From an uncultured Gammaproteobacteria bacterium (lineage in GTDB: Bacteria > Patescibacteriota > Microgenomatia > JALYQM01): a stretch of DNA of 64,000 nucleotides. Below are positions 51,426-59,107 of this stretch, in pieces. The notes beneath the pieces were generated by a model. The model saw only the letters and a program-made list of their open reading frames with translations, was not told where the DNA came from and did no database searches. How positions within the stretch are numbered: position 1 is the first letter of the stretch; the number at the start of each line of letters is the position of its first letter. The translations under genes were made by a program, and so were the position numbers. The stretch lies in contig CAZHTP010000002.1 of NCBI GenBank assembly GCA_964535655.1, positions 154,054 to 218,053 of the forward strand, given 5' to 3'.

Positions 51426-53048
51426 TTAACAAGTCATACCCCCGGCAAAAGTACTGTTACCACTTTGAAAAGTCAGTAGTGGTAAAACAATCGATTGTTC
51501 ATCACCTGCTAGATACTCATCAACAGGAATAACTTGGCCATCCTCCCACACTTCACCTTTCAGATATATACCAAAGTTATCTTTGAGAAATGCTCTGTAG
51601 GCTCGTGTAGCTGTGTGTACTTCATCTTTTGGAATGGAAAGTAGGAATCCATCATGGCAATCGCAGACTACTGGGAAGGTGACTTTTTCCTTTATCAGTG
51701 AGGTAATAATCCACTGTTCAAGTGATTGCATCTGCCATGCGGCATACATAGCTTGTGGGTTCTTTGCGTTGAACTTTTCATACAACTCAGAATAAATATC
51801 TCCACGGAAACCTCGTTTGTATTGCTCCTCCATCTGAAAACTAAGTCCGAGCAGATTCTTCTCTCCCACATGATTGATGATTGTCTCAGGTTTATGAATC
51901 TGTTGCCACTCTTTTCGCTTGGGGTAGAGGTCTTCTAAAAAGCAGATAAGTTTTTCGAGGTGATCTTTGGTGAACAACGCATCGCCCATATTATCAGCAA
52001 CCGTGGCGACAATCCCTTGCTTGTTACACATAAATAGCATGGCATACACGGCTTTTTTTAAATGAGCTTTGGAAACATTAATACCACTCTCTTGCATAGT
52101 TTTCCAGATACTTTTACCTTGTTCAAGAATGTTTGTGAGTTTCGTGTCAGCTGCGTTTGCATTAAGTGCCTTTGCTCCAAGCATCAATTGGCATGACTCT
52201 AGATCAAAATCAATCAATACATCAGTAGGATTGAGTGGTTTGAGGATCATTCGACGTACCTCTTTGGGAATAGCTTGTAAGCCGCCAACAGTATGCCGTC
52301 TACCAGACATCTGCAAGTGAATTGCATCGTGGTGTTGCGGAGTATCTACTAAAGCAACTGTCGAGAGTCCAAATCTAATACTATCTAACCGTTCCAGTTT
52401 GTACGTCCCTTTTTCATCCATGATTAAACTTCGCGCGTCATAGATAGCGTTAACTTTTTCTACATCTATCAAAAATGTACTTTGTTTTAGCTTCTCAAAG
52501 GTTGCTTGCAGATTTGGGTGCATCCGCTTCATATTCTTACTGTTCCAACCTTCACCCAACGTGGTCCGTTTGGCAGGCTTATCACAAAAGAACCGAGGCA
52601 ACACTTTGCCATACTGTACTTCTGTCATTAAAGCGAGCTCCAGACGCTCTAGGAAGTGTTTAGTTAATCGTAGTGATCGGGCTTTTGTTTCATCTCCAAC
52701 GCACACATACTTTAAACTGTGCGAAGCTATCACCCCATGATGTATCAACGGCATCTGGTACGCTTTTTTTAATAGACTCATCAGGCGAGTGCCACGATGA
52801 AAATACTGTTCTGGCTCTTCTCCAGTAAAACGAGAGTAGAGATACGAACAACTGGTGTAGATATACCGCAACTTACGCTTAACCTTACACTCTTGCTCGT
52901 AGGCAATGGCAGTATAGGCAATCTCAAACGGGTCTGGTTTTCGATGGAGGGTTTGGGATAATAATCTGGTGATCACATCACCGTTTACAGTAGAGAGATA
53001 TTTTTCAGAAACATACTCTCTGGCACGTACAACAAGGGTTTCACCCAT
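51426..53048 (-). CDS. Divergent family-A (PolA/T7-fold) polymerase-like protein
   Basis: SGRRH...LQAIPKEVR, motif A DFDLESCQL, motif B KAHLKKAVYAMLF, MQSLE, motif C CHDGF; no exonuclease domain recognised. Confidence 0.65.
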   Translation of the reverse strand: MGETLVVRAREYVSEKYLSTVNGDVITRLLSQTLHRKPDPFEIAYTAIAYEQECKVKRKLRYIYTSCSYLYSRFTGEEPEQYFHRGTRLMSLLKKAYQMPLIHHGVIASHSLKYVCVGDETKARSLRLTKHFLERLELALMTEVQYGKVLPRFFCDKPAKRTTLGEGWNSKNMKRMHPNLQATFEKLKQSTFLIDVEKVNAIYDARSLIMDEKGTYKLERLDSIRFGLSTVALVDTPQHHDAIHLQMSGRRHTVGGLQAIPKEVRRMILKPLNPTDVLIDFDLESCQLMLGAKALNANAADTKLTNILEQGKSIWKTMQESGINVSKAHLKKAVYAMLFMCNKQGIVATVADNMGDALFTKDHLEKLICFLEDLYPKRKEWQQIHKPETIINHVGEKNLLGLSFQMEEQYKRGFRGDIYSELYEKFNAKNPQAMYAAWQMQSLEQWIITSLIKEKVTFPVVCDCHDGFLLSIPKDEVHTATRAYRAFLKDNFGIYLKGEVWEDGQVIPVDEYLAGDEQSIVLPLLTFQSGNSTFAGGMTC

Positions 53049-53147
53049 AACAACGTGTTATGGCTATTGGATAGCCCCCTTGATTCTCTCCATCATTCCA
53101 ACACTACACAACGGTTCCTTTCATCACATCACAAACAGTAATACCAT

Positions 53148-53222
53148 CATCTAACAGTATCCTGTAGGATATGTCAAAAATACTCGTAAGACTTTGACAA
53201 TACACCTAGACTGCATTACACT
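53148..53222. promoter_or_regulatory. Divergent sigma70 promoters with palindromic operator
   Basis: + strand TTGACA(53194)-N17-TACACT; - strand TTGACA (53177-53172) with a weak -10; palindrome TATCCTGTAGGATA at 53158-53171. Confidence 0.6.
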
Positions 53223-53228
53223 GAGCTA

Positions 53229-53277
53229 GTTCCACACATCACAACACAAGGAGACTCCACACAATGGGGTCTTTTTT
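53229..53277 (+). ncRNA. Putative ~50-nt small RNA
   Basis: Lies between the + promoter and terminator GAGACTCCA-CACAA-TGGGGTCTT-TTTT. Confidence 0.45.
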
Positions 53278-53476
53278 GTAACTACAAAACAACCCATAGT
53301 GCGGAGTTTGTGCGTATGCATTTAGCCCACACTTACGGCATTATCGTAGAGCACTGTTAGAATAAAGAACGGTAGGGTGTTGCTGTGGTGTTTTGTTGGG
53401 GTTGTTTCTGTTGTTGTGTTTGAGGGTGTGTTTGTTATATCAAAGTGGTTTTTTAGTTGTGGTGACAAACGTTTGT

Positions 53477-53531
53477 TGTAGTTTCGGCTTCATTTTGCCT
53501 CATCAGTACGAGAGTTAACTCGTAAACTACA
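53477..53531 (-). ncRNA. Type III hammerhead ribozyme (HH-B)
   Basis: UGUAGU-U / UACGAG-UUAACU-CUCGUA / CUGAUGA / GGC-AAAAUGAA-GCC / GAAA-CUACA; predicted cut between 53525 and 53524. Confidence 0.92.
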
Positions 53532-53695
53532 CAAGAGAAAACAAAAGGACTACTTTAACAACATTATTAAAAACAATAACGGTAAACCGCTAAGTTTCTT
53601 CTAAAGTAACTCCAGTAATGTTTTACAAGTCTACTTTCTAGGTAGAGCGTCAGATGTACGCTACAGAGCTTACGCTCTACCATAGAAAATGTTGT

Positions 53696-53914
53696 TTAGA
53701 TTCGGCTGATTCGCTGAACTATGTAGCGAACGACCATCGTTACGCCCGCGAAGTAGATAATCCACCCGAGTGTTATCCCTATCTGGAAAATGTCTTTGTT
53801 GGGGTTGTTGACCAGATAAGGCCGAGCGAGCAGGAGCAGTCCCATAGGCAGCAGCATTATAGCTGTGATATAGCCTAGGAACAGCAGTAGATATCTCCAC
53901 GATCGTTTAACCAT
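53696..53914 (-). CDS. Small 2-TM protein (cassette B cargo)
   Basis: GGAG SD before MVKRSW; two hydrophobic helices. Confidence 0.6.
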   Translation of the reverse strand: MVKRSWRYLLLFLGYITAIMLLPMGLLLLARPYLVNNPNKDIFQIGITLGWIIYFAGVTMVVRYIVQRISRI

Positions 53915-53982
53915 GACTGATCTCCACTGAATGGTGAGTGCAACTTGCACGTGCTTGCTGCACTCACCATGCCGTTGTTCGT

Positions 53983-54483
53983 CTATTCGTACTTGCCGCT
54001 GTTGGTCCACGCCTTCCGGCCGGCGATGTCGTTGGCGGGCTTACCGAACCTTCTTTCGATAGGCGTCATCAGCTTCTCGATTGGTCCGATGGTGCCCCTT
54101 AGGCCGTACTGCTGATAGATCTCTAGCAGATCGGTCTGCGTGTCCACAACCTCGTCGCCAATCTCGGCGTGGTTGGCGGGTGTTCCGGCCAGCGTCCACT
54201 CTTTGCTCTCGGCATTGATCGTTATGTTGATCCTCATGCCTTGCGAACGGACGTAGACGGTGCGGTTGACGTTCTCTGTTGGGGTAAATGGCTTCGCTTC
54301 CTGTCGCTTCAGCACGATAGCTGTGATTAAGTTGACGAGGAGGATAAACTCCCACAAAATCAACCCAACCGACACGCCAGTGATGAAAGCGAGCAGGATG
54401 TGCTCACCTTGTACTAGTGTCCAGAGCAAGCTCAGAACACCAGCACCTACCGCAACGAGAATGCTCGTGCGTGGCTTCATCAT
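53983..54483 (-). CDS. Membrane protein (cassette B cargo)
   Basis: AGGAG SD; two N-terminal TM helices and a soluble C-terminus; GC-rich. Confidence 0.7.
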   Translation of the reverse strand: MMKPRTSILVAVGAGVLSLLWTLVQGEHILLAFITGVSVGLILWEFILLVNLITAIVLKRQEAKPFTPTENVNRTVYVRSQGMRINITINAESKEWTLAGTPANHAEIGDEVVDTQTDLLEIYQQYGLRGTIGPIEKLMTPIERRFGKPANDIAGRKAWTNSGKYE

Positions 54484-54631
54484 GCGAACTTCTCCTATAC
54501 TATACGATTAACGCCGGACGGTTTGTGCGATATAAACTCCTTTCACTAGCTGACTGCCAAGAAAAAGAGCTAATAAATAACTCACTTTCTTAGCAGCCAA
54601 ACTAATGAAATAGACTTGTCTTTTGTTTCTC

Positions 54632-54643
54632 TTGTTAAAGTGC
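54632..54643 (-). promoter_or_regulatory. boxA-like motif, cassette B
   Basis: Minus strand GCACTTTAACAA versus rrn boxA GCTCTTTAACA. Confidence 0.55.
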
Positions 54644-54693
54644 AAACATTCAAACAATAAATTCCCCACTAAAGAGGTTCATTATTTGGATGT

Positions 54694-54749
54694 TAGTTTT
54701 CGCCTTCATTTCGGCTCATCAGGTAGCGAGTCGTTTACGCTACAAACTA
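54694..54749 (-). ncRNA. Type III hammerhead ribozyme (HH-A)
   Basis: UAGUU-U / GUAGCG-loop-CGCUAC / CUGAUGA / GCC-GAAAUGAA-GGC / GAAA-ACUA; predicted cut between 54744 and 54743. Confidence 0.9.
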
Positions 54750-54883
54750 CAAACAAGAGACAGAGGTAAAGAGACGATTCGGGAACAACAAAAACAAGAT
54801 AACACCGCAAGCGGCATCACTCATTAAGGCTGCGACCTTGTCGTTTTTTCTCTCTACTTCTATCTCATGTTTGTAGTCCAAAT

Positions 54884-55219
54884 CTACTTGCGGCGGCGAA
54901 TGATGTCGACGGTGACAACGATTGCCATTACGATCACGAACACGATCAACAGCGAGATGCTGTTGACAGCGTTCACGACCAAGTGGTCGTTGGTGATCGG
55001 ATCGGGCATTGTCTTCATGCCGAAAAACACGAGCCAGTACAGCATGATCAGGACGGGCAGCGTCATGATGAACGTCACAGTGCGGGTGATGAGTAGGCCG
55101 AGTGTCGTCGATTCAGGCAAGTTGGTTGTCAGGAGATCACTCGAGTTGCTGATAGCATTGGCGATCAAGATGATGAAAGCGGTGATGGCCAGAGCGATAA
55201 GGATCGTGCGGGGTTTCAT
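54884..55219 (-). CDS. Small 3-TM protein (cassette A cargo)
   Basis: AGGAG SD overlapping the upstream stop; hydrophobic; C-ending codons. Confidence 0.7.
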   Translation of the reverse strand: MKPRTILIALAITAFIILIANAISNSSDLLTTNLPESTTLGLLITRTVTFIMTLPVLIMLYWLVFFGMKTMPDPITNDHLVVNAVNSISLLIVFVIVMAIVVTVDIIRRRK

Positions 55220-55228
55220 TGCTTTCTC

Positions 55229-55564
55229 CTACTTGTTGTAGTTGTTGTTGACGTTCCGATTGAACACATTCCGCGATGAGAAGAACCACTTGATGAAGGC
55301 GATGAAGCCTAGGCCGACGTAGAAATCGTTGAACGGCAAGTTAACACCGGCTTCACTGGCAGCGGACTTCACAAAACCACCTATCAGCTTGATGGCGTAG
55401 AAAATGGCGACGAGAGTCTCGTGCCGATTGTTCCACACCCAAGCTAGAGAAATGAACGCAATATAGCCAGTCATGGCGATTGCGATCAGTCCAGCAATGA
55501 GCTGCTCGGGAGTGATGCCGAAGTTCCGACGAAGCCAGAAAGCGAAGTCATTCCAGTACCGCAT
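55229..55564 (-). CDS. Small membrane protein (cassette A cargo)
   Basis: AAGGAG SD; hydrophobic segments; GC-rich. Confidence 0.7.
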   Translation of the reverse strand: MRYWNDFAFWLRRNFGITPEQLIAGLIAIAMTGYIAFISLAWVWNNRHETLVAIFYAIKLIGGFVKSAASEAGVNLPFNDFYVGLGFIAFIKWFFSSRNVFNRNVNNNYNK

Positions 55565-55771
55565 GACGTTTCTCCTTGTGCATTGAGCACGACATCAGCC
55601 AGATGGCCGACGGCTTCCTTCATGGAGAGCTTCCTACTTACTTACTAAAAAATAAGCAGAAAGCTCTCTACAAAAGAGCGGAGAAATATGAGATAGTTGA
55701 GGTAGAGAAATATTCTACAGAGTTTAAGCTGTAAAACCTTTTGTTCGTCCTTTTGAGGGACTATCTGTCTC

Positions 55772-55783
55772 TTGTTAAGGTAC
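55772..55783 (-). promoter_or_regulatory. boxA-like motif, cassette A
   Basis: Minus strand GTACCTTAACAA, preceded by GNRA hairpin GAGC-GTAA-GCTC; candidate extended -10 TGCTATAGT at 55871-55863. Confidence 0.5.
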
Positions 55784-55948
55784 TAAGCTCATTTTAAGAG
55801 CTTACGCTCAACAGAGACAGTTACGCTCGAAATTGAGCCTAGTGACTCTATGAGCGAATATTACTATAGCACATCTTTAGTAAAAATACTATAGGCTGTA
55901 TATATTGAATATGATAATTACTCAATATATGTTTATGGACTTGTGGTA

Positions 55949-56578
55949 CTATTGTGACTTCTGAGCTTCTAAACACTGGTTCTGTTCGGCACTCATATTG
56001 CTAGTGCAATTGTTCATACAAACTGAATCTCCACTGCATCCCTTATCACATTCTTGAGCTTTTCGATAGGCATTGTTCAAACAAATATCAGTGATAAGTT
56101 TCTTTGCTTGAGCGGTATCTTCTTGCAGTTTTTGTTGTTCACTGGCTTGTTTTTCCCTAGAAACTTGCTGGTCTTTTACTATAGAACGTTGATCCATGAC
56201 ACACTGTGCCTGAGAAGTATAGAACACCCACTGATTACCTATCTGGCAACAACCGCTTGTTTCGCAAACGCTTCGTCGAATCATCTTCGTTCCACCTCCA
56301 CACTCAGAACCTACTTCACAAGAGATAATAGGATCATCAGACACATTTGATTCCTTTTGAGTGCTTGTTGTCTGCTGTTGTTTGAAAGTTGGTGTTTGTG
56401 TGGAGAGTGGTTGAGGCGTTGCAATAATCGATTGTTGTATTGGTAATGGCGTTGGAAAGTGTATTGCAATGATCACATCCTTTACTAATATAGTGAGCAT
56501 GATGAGCCCAGTACATCCAATCAAGACGATAGGCCAAAAGATACGATCAACTACTGATGTTCGTTTTTTCTCACTCAT
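55949..56578 (-). CDS. Membrane-anchored Cys-rich protein
   Basis: N-terminal TM, T/Q/P linker, two Cys clusters separated by a coiled coil. Confidence 0.7.
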   Translation of the reverse strand: MSEKKRTSVVDRIFWPIVLIGCTGLIMLTILVKDVIIAIHFPTPLPIQQSIIATPQPLSTQTPTFKQQQTTSTQKESNVSDDPIISCEVGSECGGGTKMIRRSVCETSGCCQIGNQWVFYTSQAQCVMDQRSIVKDQQVSREKQASEQQKLQEDTAQAKKLITDICLNNAYRKAQECDKGCSGDSVCMNNCTSNMSAEQNQCLEAQKSQ

Positions 56579-56790
56579 AAACCTTTACGAAGCTTTGCTA
56601 CGATCCATGCAACACAAAAGAAAATCGCCGTGATTCCAGCCCAACTTACAAGATCTTTCATTTCCTTGTTACCGCTTGCATACAGCATTGAAATCACTCC
56701 AGTAACCACAATAGAAGTAAATACTGGTACGGGATCTTCTTTCTTATATTTATCTGGATACATCTCTGCTAAGTCATTTTGAGAAAACAC
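56575..56790 (-). CDS. Small 2-TM protein
   Basis: AGGAGG SD with GTG start; 4-nt overlap with the next gene. Confidence 0.6.
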   Translation of the reverse strand: MFSQNDLAEMYPDKYKKEDPVPVFTSIVVTGVISMLYASGNKEMKDLVSWAGITAIFFCVAWIVAKLRKGL

Positions 56791-56915
56791 AAAGCTCCTC
56801 CTTTGTTGCTCAAATGATAACCCACACTAAGAGAAAGAAACAATAGCCTTTTTTAACTCATTTTGCTAAGTGGTACTAAGTGGTTTAGAGTGCGTTTACT
56901 TTTGATAATCAAGAC

Positions 56916-57131
56916 ATGAGAAAGAATGCACGTCTTCCTAAGCAGTTGGGTAAGCGCATACAAAAGATTCGTAAGGAAGCTGGTCTAACACAAGAACAAC
57001 TGGCCGAAAAAGTAAATATCTCGCGCGCGTACATAGGATATATCGAACAAGGTCGTAACGAAGCATCACTCACAGTTTTAGAAAAGATTGCCAAGCAACT
57101 CCATATATCTCTATCAGAATTGTTTGATTAA
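56916..57131 (+). CDS. XRE-family HTH regulator
   Basis: LGKRIQKIRKEAGLTQEQLAEKVNISRAYIGYIEQG. Confidence 0.92.
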   Translation: MRKNARLPKQLGKRIQKIRKEAGLTQEQLAEKVNISRAYIGYIEQGRNEASLTVLEKIAKQLHISLSELFD

Positions 57132-57301
57132 CTTGTTACATTTCATACTGCAGTTGTAACAAATTTTTCCTATTGTAATAACATATTCGATGTTGTATAT
57201 TATCCAGTGGATAATGCAACGTAAAACAAGTTGCAAGACTCCTGGAGGGGATAGATGTTATCGGAAACAACCCACATTATATTTGATGTGGAGTTTTTAC
57301 C

Positions 57302-57487
57302 GTGTCTATCTCAGTACAGAAAGCAAAAAAGTATCTCTCAAAAAAATTTACGAATGAACAAGTACAAGCAGAAATTAACCTGTTGCAACCACTCGTTCAG
57401 CTATGTGTAACTACTGCCATATATAAAAAGCGTATTTCAAAAAACAAAACCTACGAGTACTATAATAACGATAATGAAACAACCTGA
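57302..57487 (+). CDS. Small hypothetical protein upstream of the recombinase
   Basis: GGAG SD with GTG start; overlaps the recombinase start. Confidence 0.4.
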   Translation: MSISVQKAKKYLSKKFTNEQVQAEINLLQPLVQLCVTTAIYKKRISKNKTYEYYNNDNETT

Positions 57488-58994
57488 GAGAAAAAATTGT
57501 GTCATTTATGCGCGTGTATCAACTAAAGTACAAGCTGAAGAAGGATACAGTTTAGATCAGCAAATGAAGGCCTGTGAAGAATACGCACATAAACAAGGTT
57601 GGTCTATCGGCGAAAGGTTTAGAGAAGAGGGCGAGAGTGCAAAGACGGGGAAGAGAACGAAACTAGCATTAGTGCTTGAATACTGTAGACAGAAGACAAA
57701 CAAAGTAGATGTTCTGCTGGTATGGCGCGTAGATCGATTTTTCCGCAATGTCGAAGAGCACTATATCTTCAAAGGAAAACTTAAGCAACTCAAGGTCGTG
57801 CTTAGATCTGTTACCGAACCCATTGATGATTCAATTTACGGTAAGTTTATGGAAGGAATTTTTGCATTGCTCGCTGAACTAGAAAACGGGATGAAGTCAG
57901 AGAGAACTATAGTAAACATGATTGAAAAAGCAAAAAAAGGAGAATGGCCATGGGGTGCCCCGCTTGGATACCTTAAGGGTTTTGTTGTAGATGCGGACAA
58001 AGCTCCACTCATCAAAAAGTTATTTGAAACATACGGCAACTCTAACGGTACATATTTAGTTCGAGATTTGGTACCACTCACAAAGCAATGGGGATTAAAG
58101 TCAAAGAACGGTTTAGATTTAGAACATATGGCAGTTGGACGGATATTGAAGAATCCGCTATACAAAGGATGGCTGTATAAAGAAGAATGGGAAATAGAGT
58201 GTAAGGGAACACACACGCCTCTAGTTGACGAAGCGCTCTTCGCAAAAGTTCAACAGTTGCTGCTTGCGCAAGGGCACAAACTGCAAAAAAAGCCAAAGAA
58301 CGACGAGGTGTACCCTCTGAAATCTTTGCTGAGATGTTGTTTTGAAGGGTGTGGCTCAACAATGAGGTCGCATCCTGCTTATAACAAGATAGGAAAGCTG
58401 TATGACTATTATAGTTGTAAAAAAGGGAAAGTCTCAGAAGGTCATATTAAAGTCAGCACTACCAAAGCTCATCAAGCATTTATTCAGCTTTTAAGCACTA
58501 TTACTTTCCCCGCAGAGAGGTTACAACTTTTTAAAGCCATGGTTGTCATTGAATATAACGAACAGATGAGTAGCGTTAATTCATTAATGGCAAAGCTCGA
58601 CCGTGAACTTGACTCGCTTAGAATAACGAAATCAAACATGATAAGGGAAATGTACTCAAAGCAGGATTCTTCTATTAGCCAGGATGATCTTGAAGGAGAG
58701 CTAAAAAAAATCAAGGACGATATCACAGACAGAGAAGTAGAAAGAGGTGAACTGAAGTATTCAGAACTCGAATTAGATGAAGCGATTGAGGAGTGCGTTG
58801 AGTTTTTCAATAATCCAGCCAAGCTCTGGCAACTGGCACCATACCCACATAAGGTGGCACTGCAATCAATACTTTTCCCTGAAGGGATATACACTGACAA
58901 ACAAGGAAACCTGCGAACACCACGATTTGGCGAAGTTGTAGATGGTATCAAGCAATTTGATGACTGTAAAAAACACGAGGTGCTCCCGTTGTGA
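57474..58994 (+). CDS. Large serine recombinase
   Basis: YARVST..Q...YSL..Q, ESAK, DRFFRN, APLGY, ILKNPLYKG, Zn ribbon, coiled coil; stop inside tRNA-Arg. Confidence 0.95.
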   Translation: MKQPERKNCVIYARVSTKVQAEEGYSLDQQMKACEEYAHKQGWSIGERFREEGESAKTGKRTKLALVLEYCRQKTNKVDVLLVWRVDRFFRNVEEHYIFKGKLKQLKVVLRSVTEPIDDSIYGKFMEGIFALLAELENGMKSERTIVNMIEKAKKGEWPWGAPLGYLKGFVVDADKAPLIKKLFETYGNSNGTYLVRDLVPLTKQWGLKSKNGLDLEHMAVGRILKNPLYKGWLYKEEWEIECKGTHTPLVDEALFAKVQQLLLAQGHKLQKKPKNDEVYPLKSLLRCCFEGCGSTMRSHPAYNKIGKLYDYYSCKKGKVSEGHIKVSTTKAHQAFIQLLSTITFPAERLQLFKAMVVIEYNEQMSSVNSLMAKLDRELDSLRITKSNMIREMYSKQDSSISQDDLEGELKKIKDDITDREVERGELKYSELELDEAIEECVEFFNNPAKLWQLAPYPHKVALQSILFPEGIYTDKQGNLRTPRFGEVVDGIKQFDDCKKHEVLPL

Positions 58995-59054
58995 CTCGAA
59001 CACAAGACCTACTCCTTAGAAGGGAGTTGCTCTATCCAGCTGAGCTACGGGAGC
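58981..59054 (-). tRNA. tRNA-Arg(TCT)
   Basis: Cloverleaf GCTCCCG/CGGGAGC; anticodon arm ACTCC-CTTCTAA-GGAGT; TTCGA T-loop. Confidence 0.95.
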
Positions 59055-59107
59055 ATAAAGCATTTCCCATTATACCAATTTTGTAGTTATCCTGCTACAC
59101 TATCCCT

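Larger units (their letters stand above)
48075..58994. mobile_element. Integrative element at tRNA-Arg (left boundary approximate)
   Basis: Serine recombinase overlapping the tRNA 3' end, XRE regulator, polymerase-like gene and defence cargo; no clear att duplication seen. Confidence 0.65.

Noticed and set aside
51426-53048. Reverse transcriptase (retron/DGR) call for the gene next to the structured RNAs
   Set aside because: No YxDD or RT motifs; motif order fits the family-A fold
54867-55241. Plus-strand 124-aa ORF and other antisense shadow ORFs
   Set aside because: They mirror real genes with biased codons; the opposite-strand ORFs have SD sites and coherent products
55765-55773. CTGTCTCTT resembling the Tn5/Nextera mosaic end
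   Set aside because: Diverges after 9 nt and has a genomic complementary partner at 54752-54764
53050-55900. CRISPR array or integron attC array
   Set aside because: No equal-length direct repeats with spacers, no clear RYYYAAC/GTTRRRY attC pairs, and no cas or intI in the window
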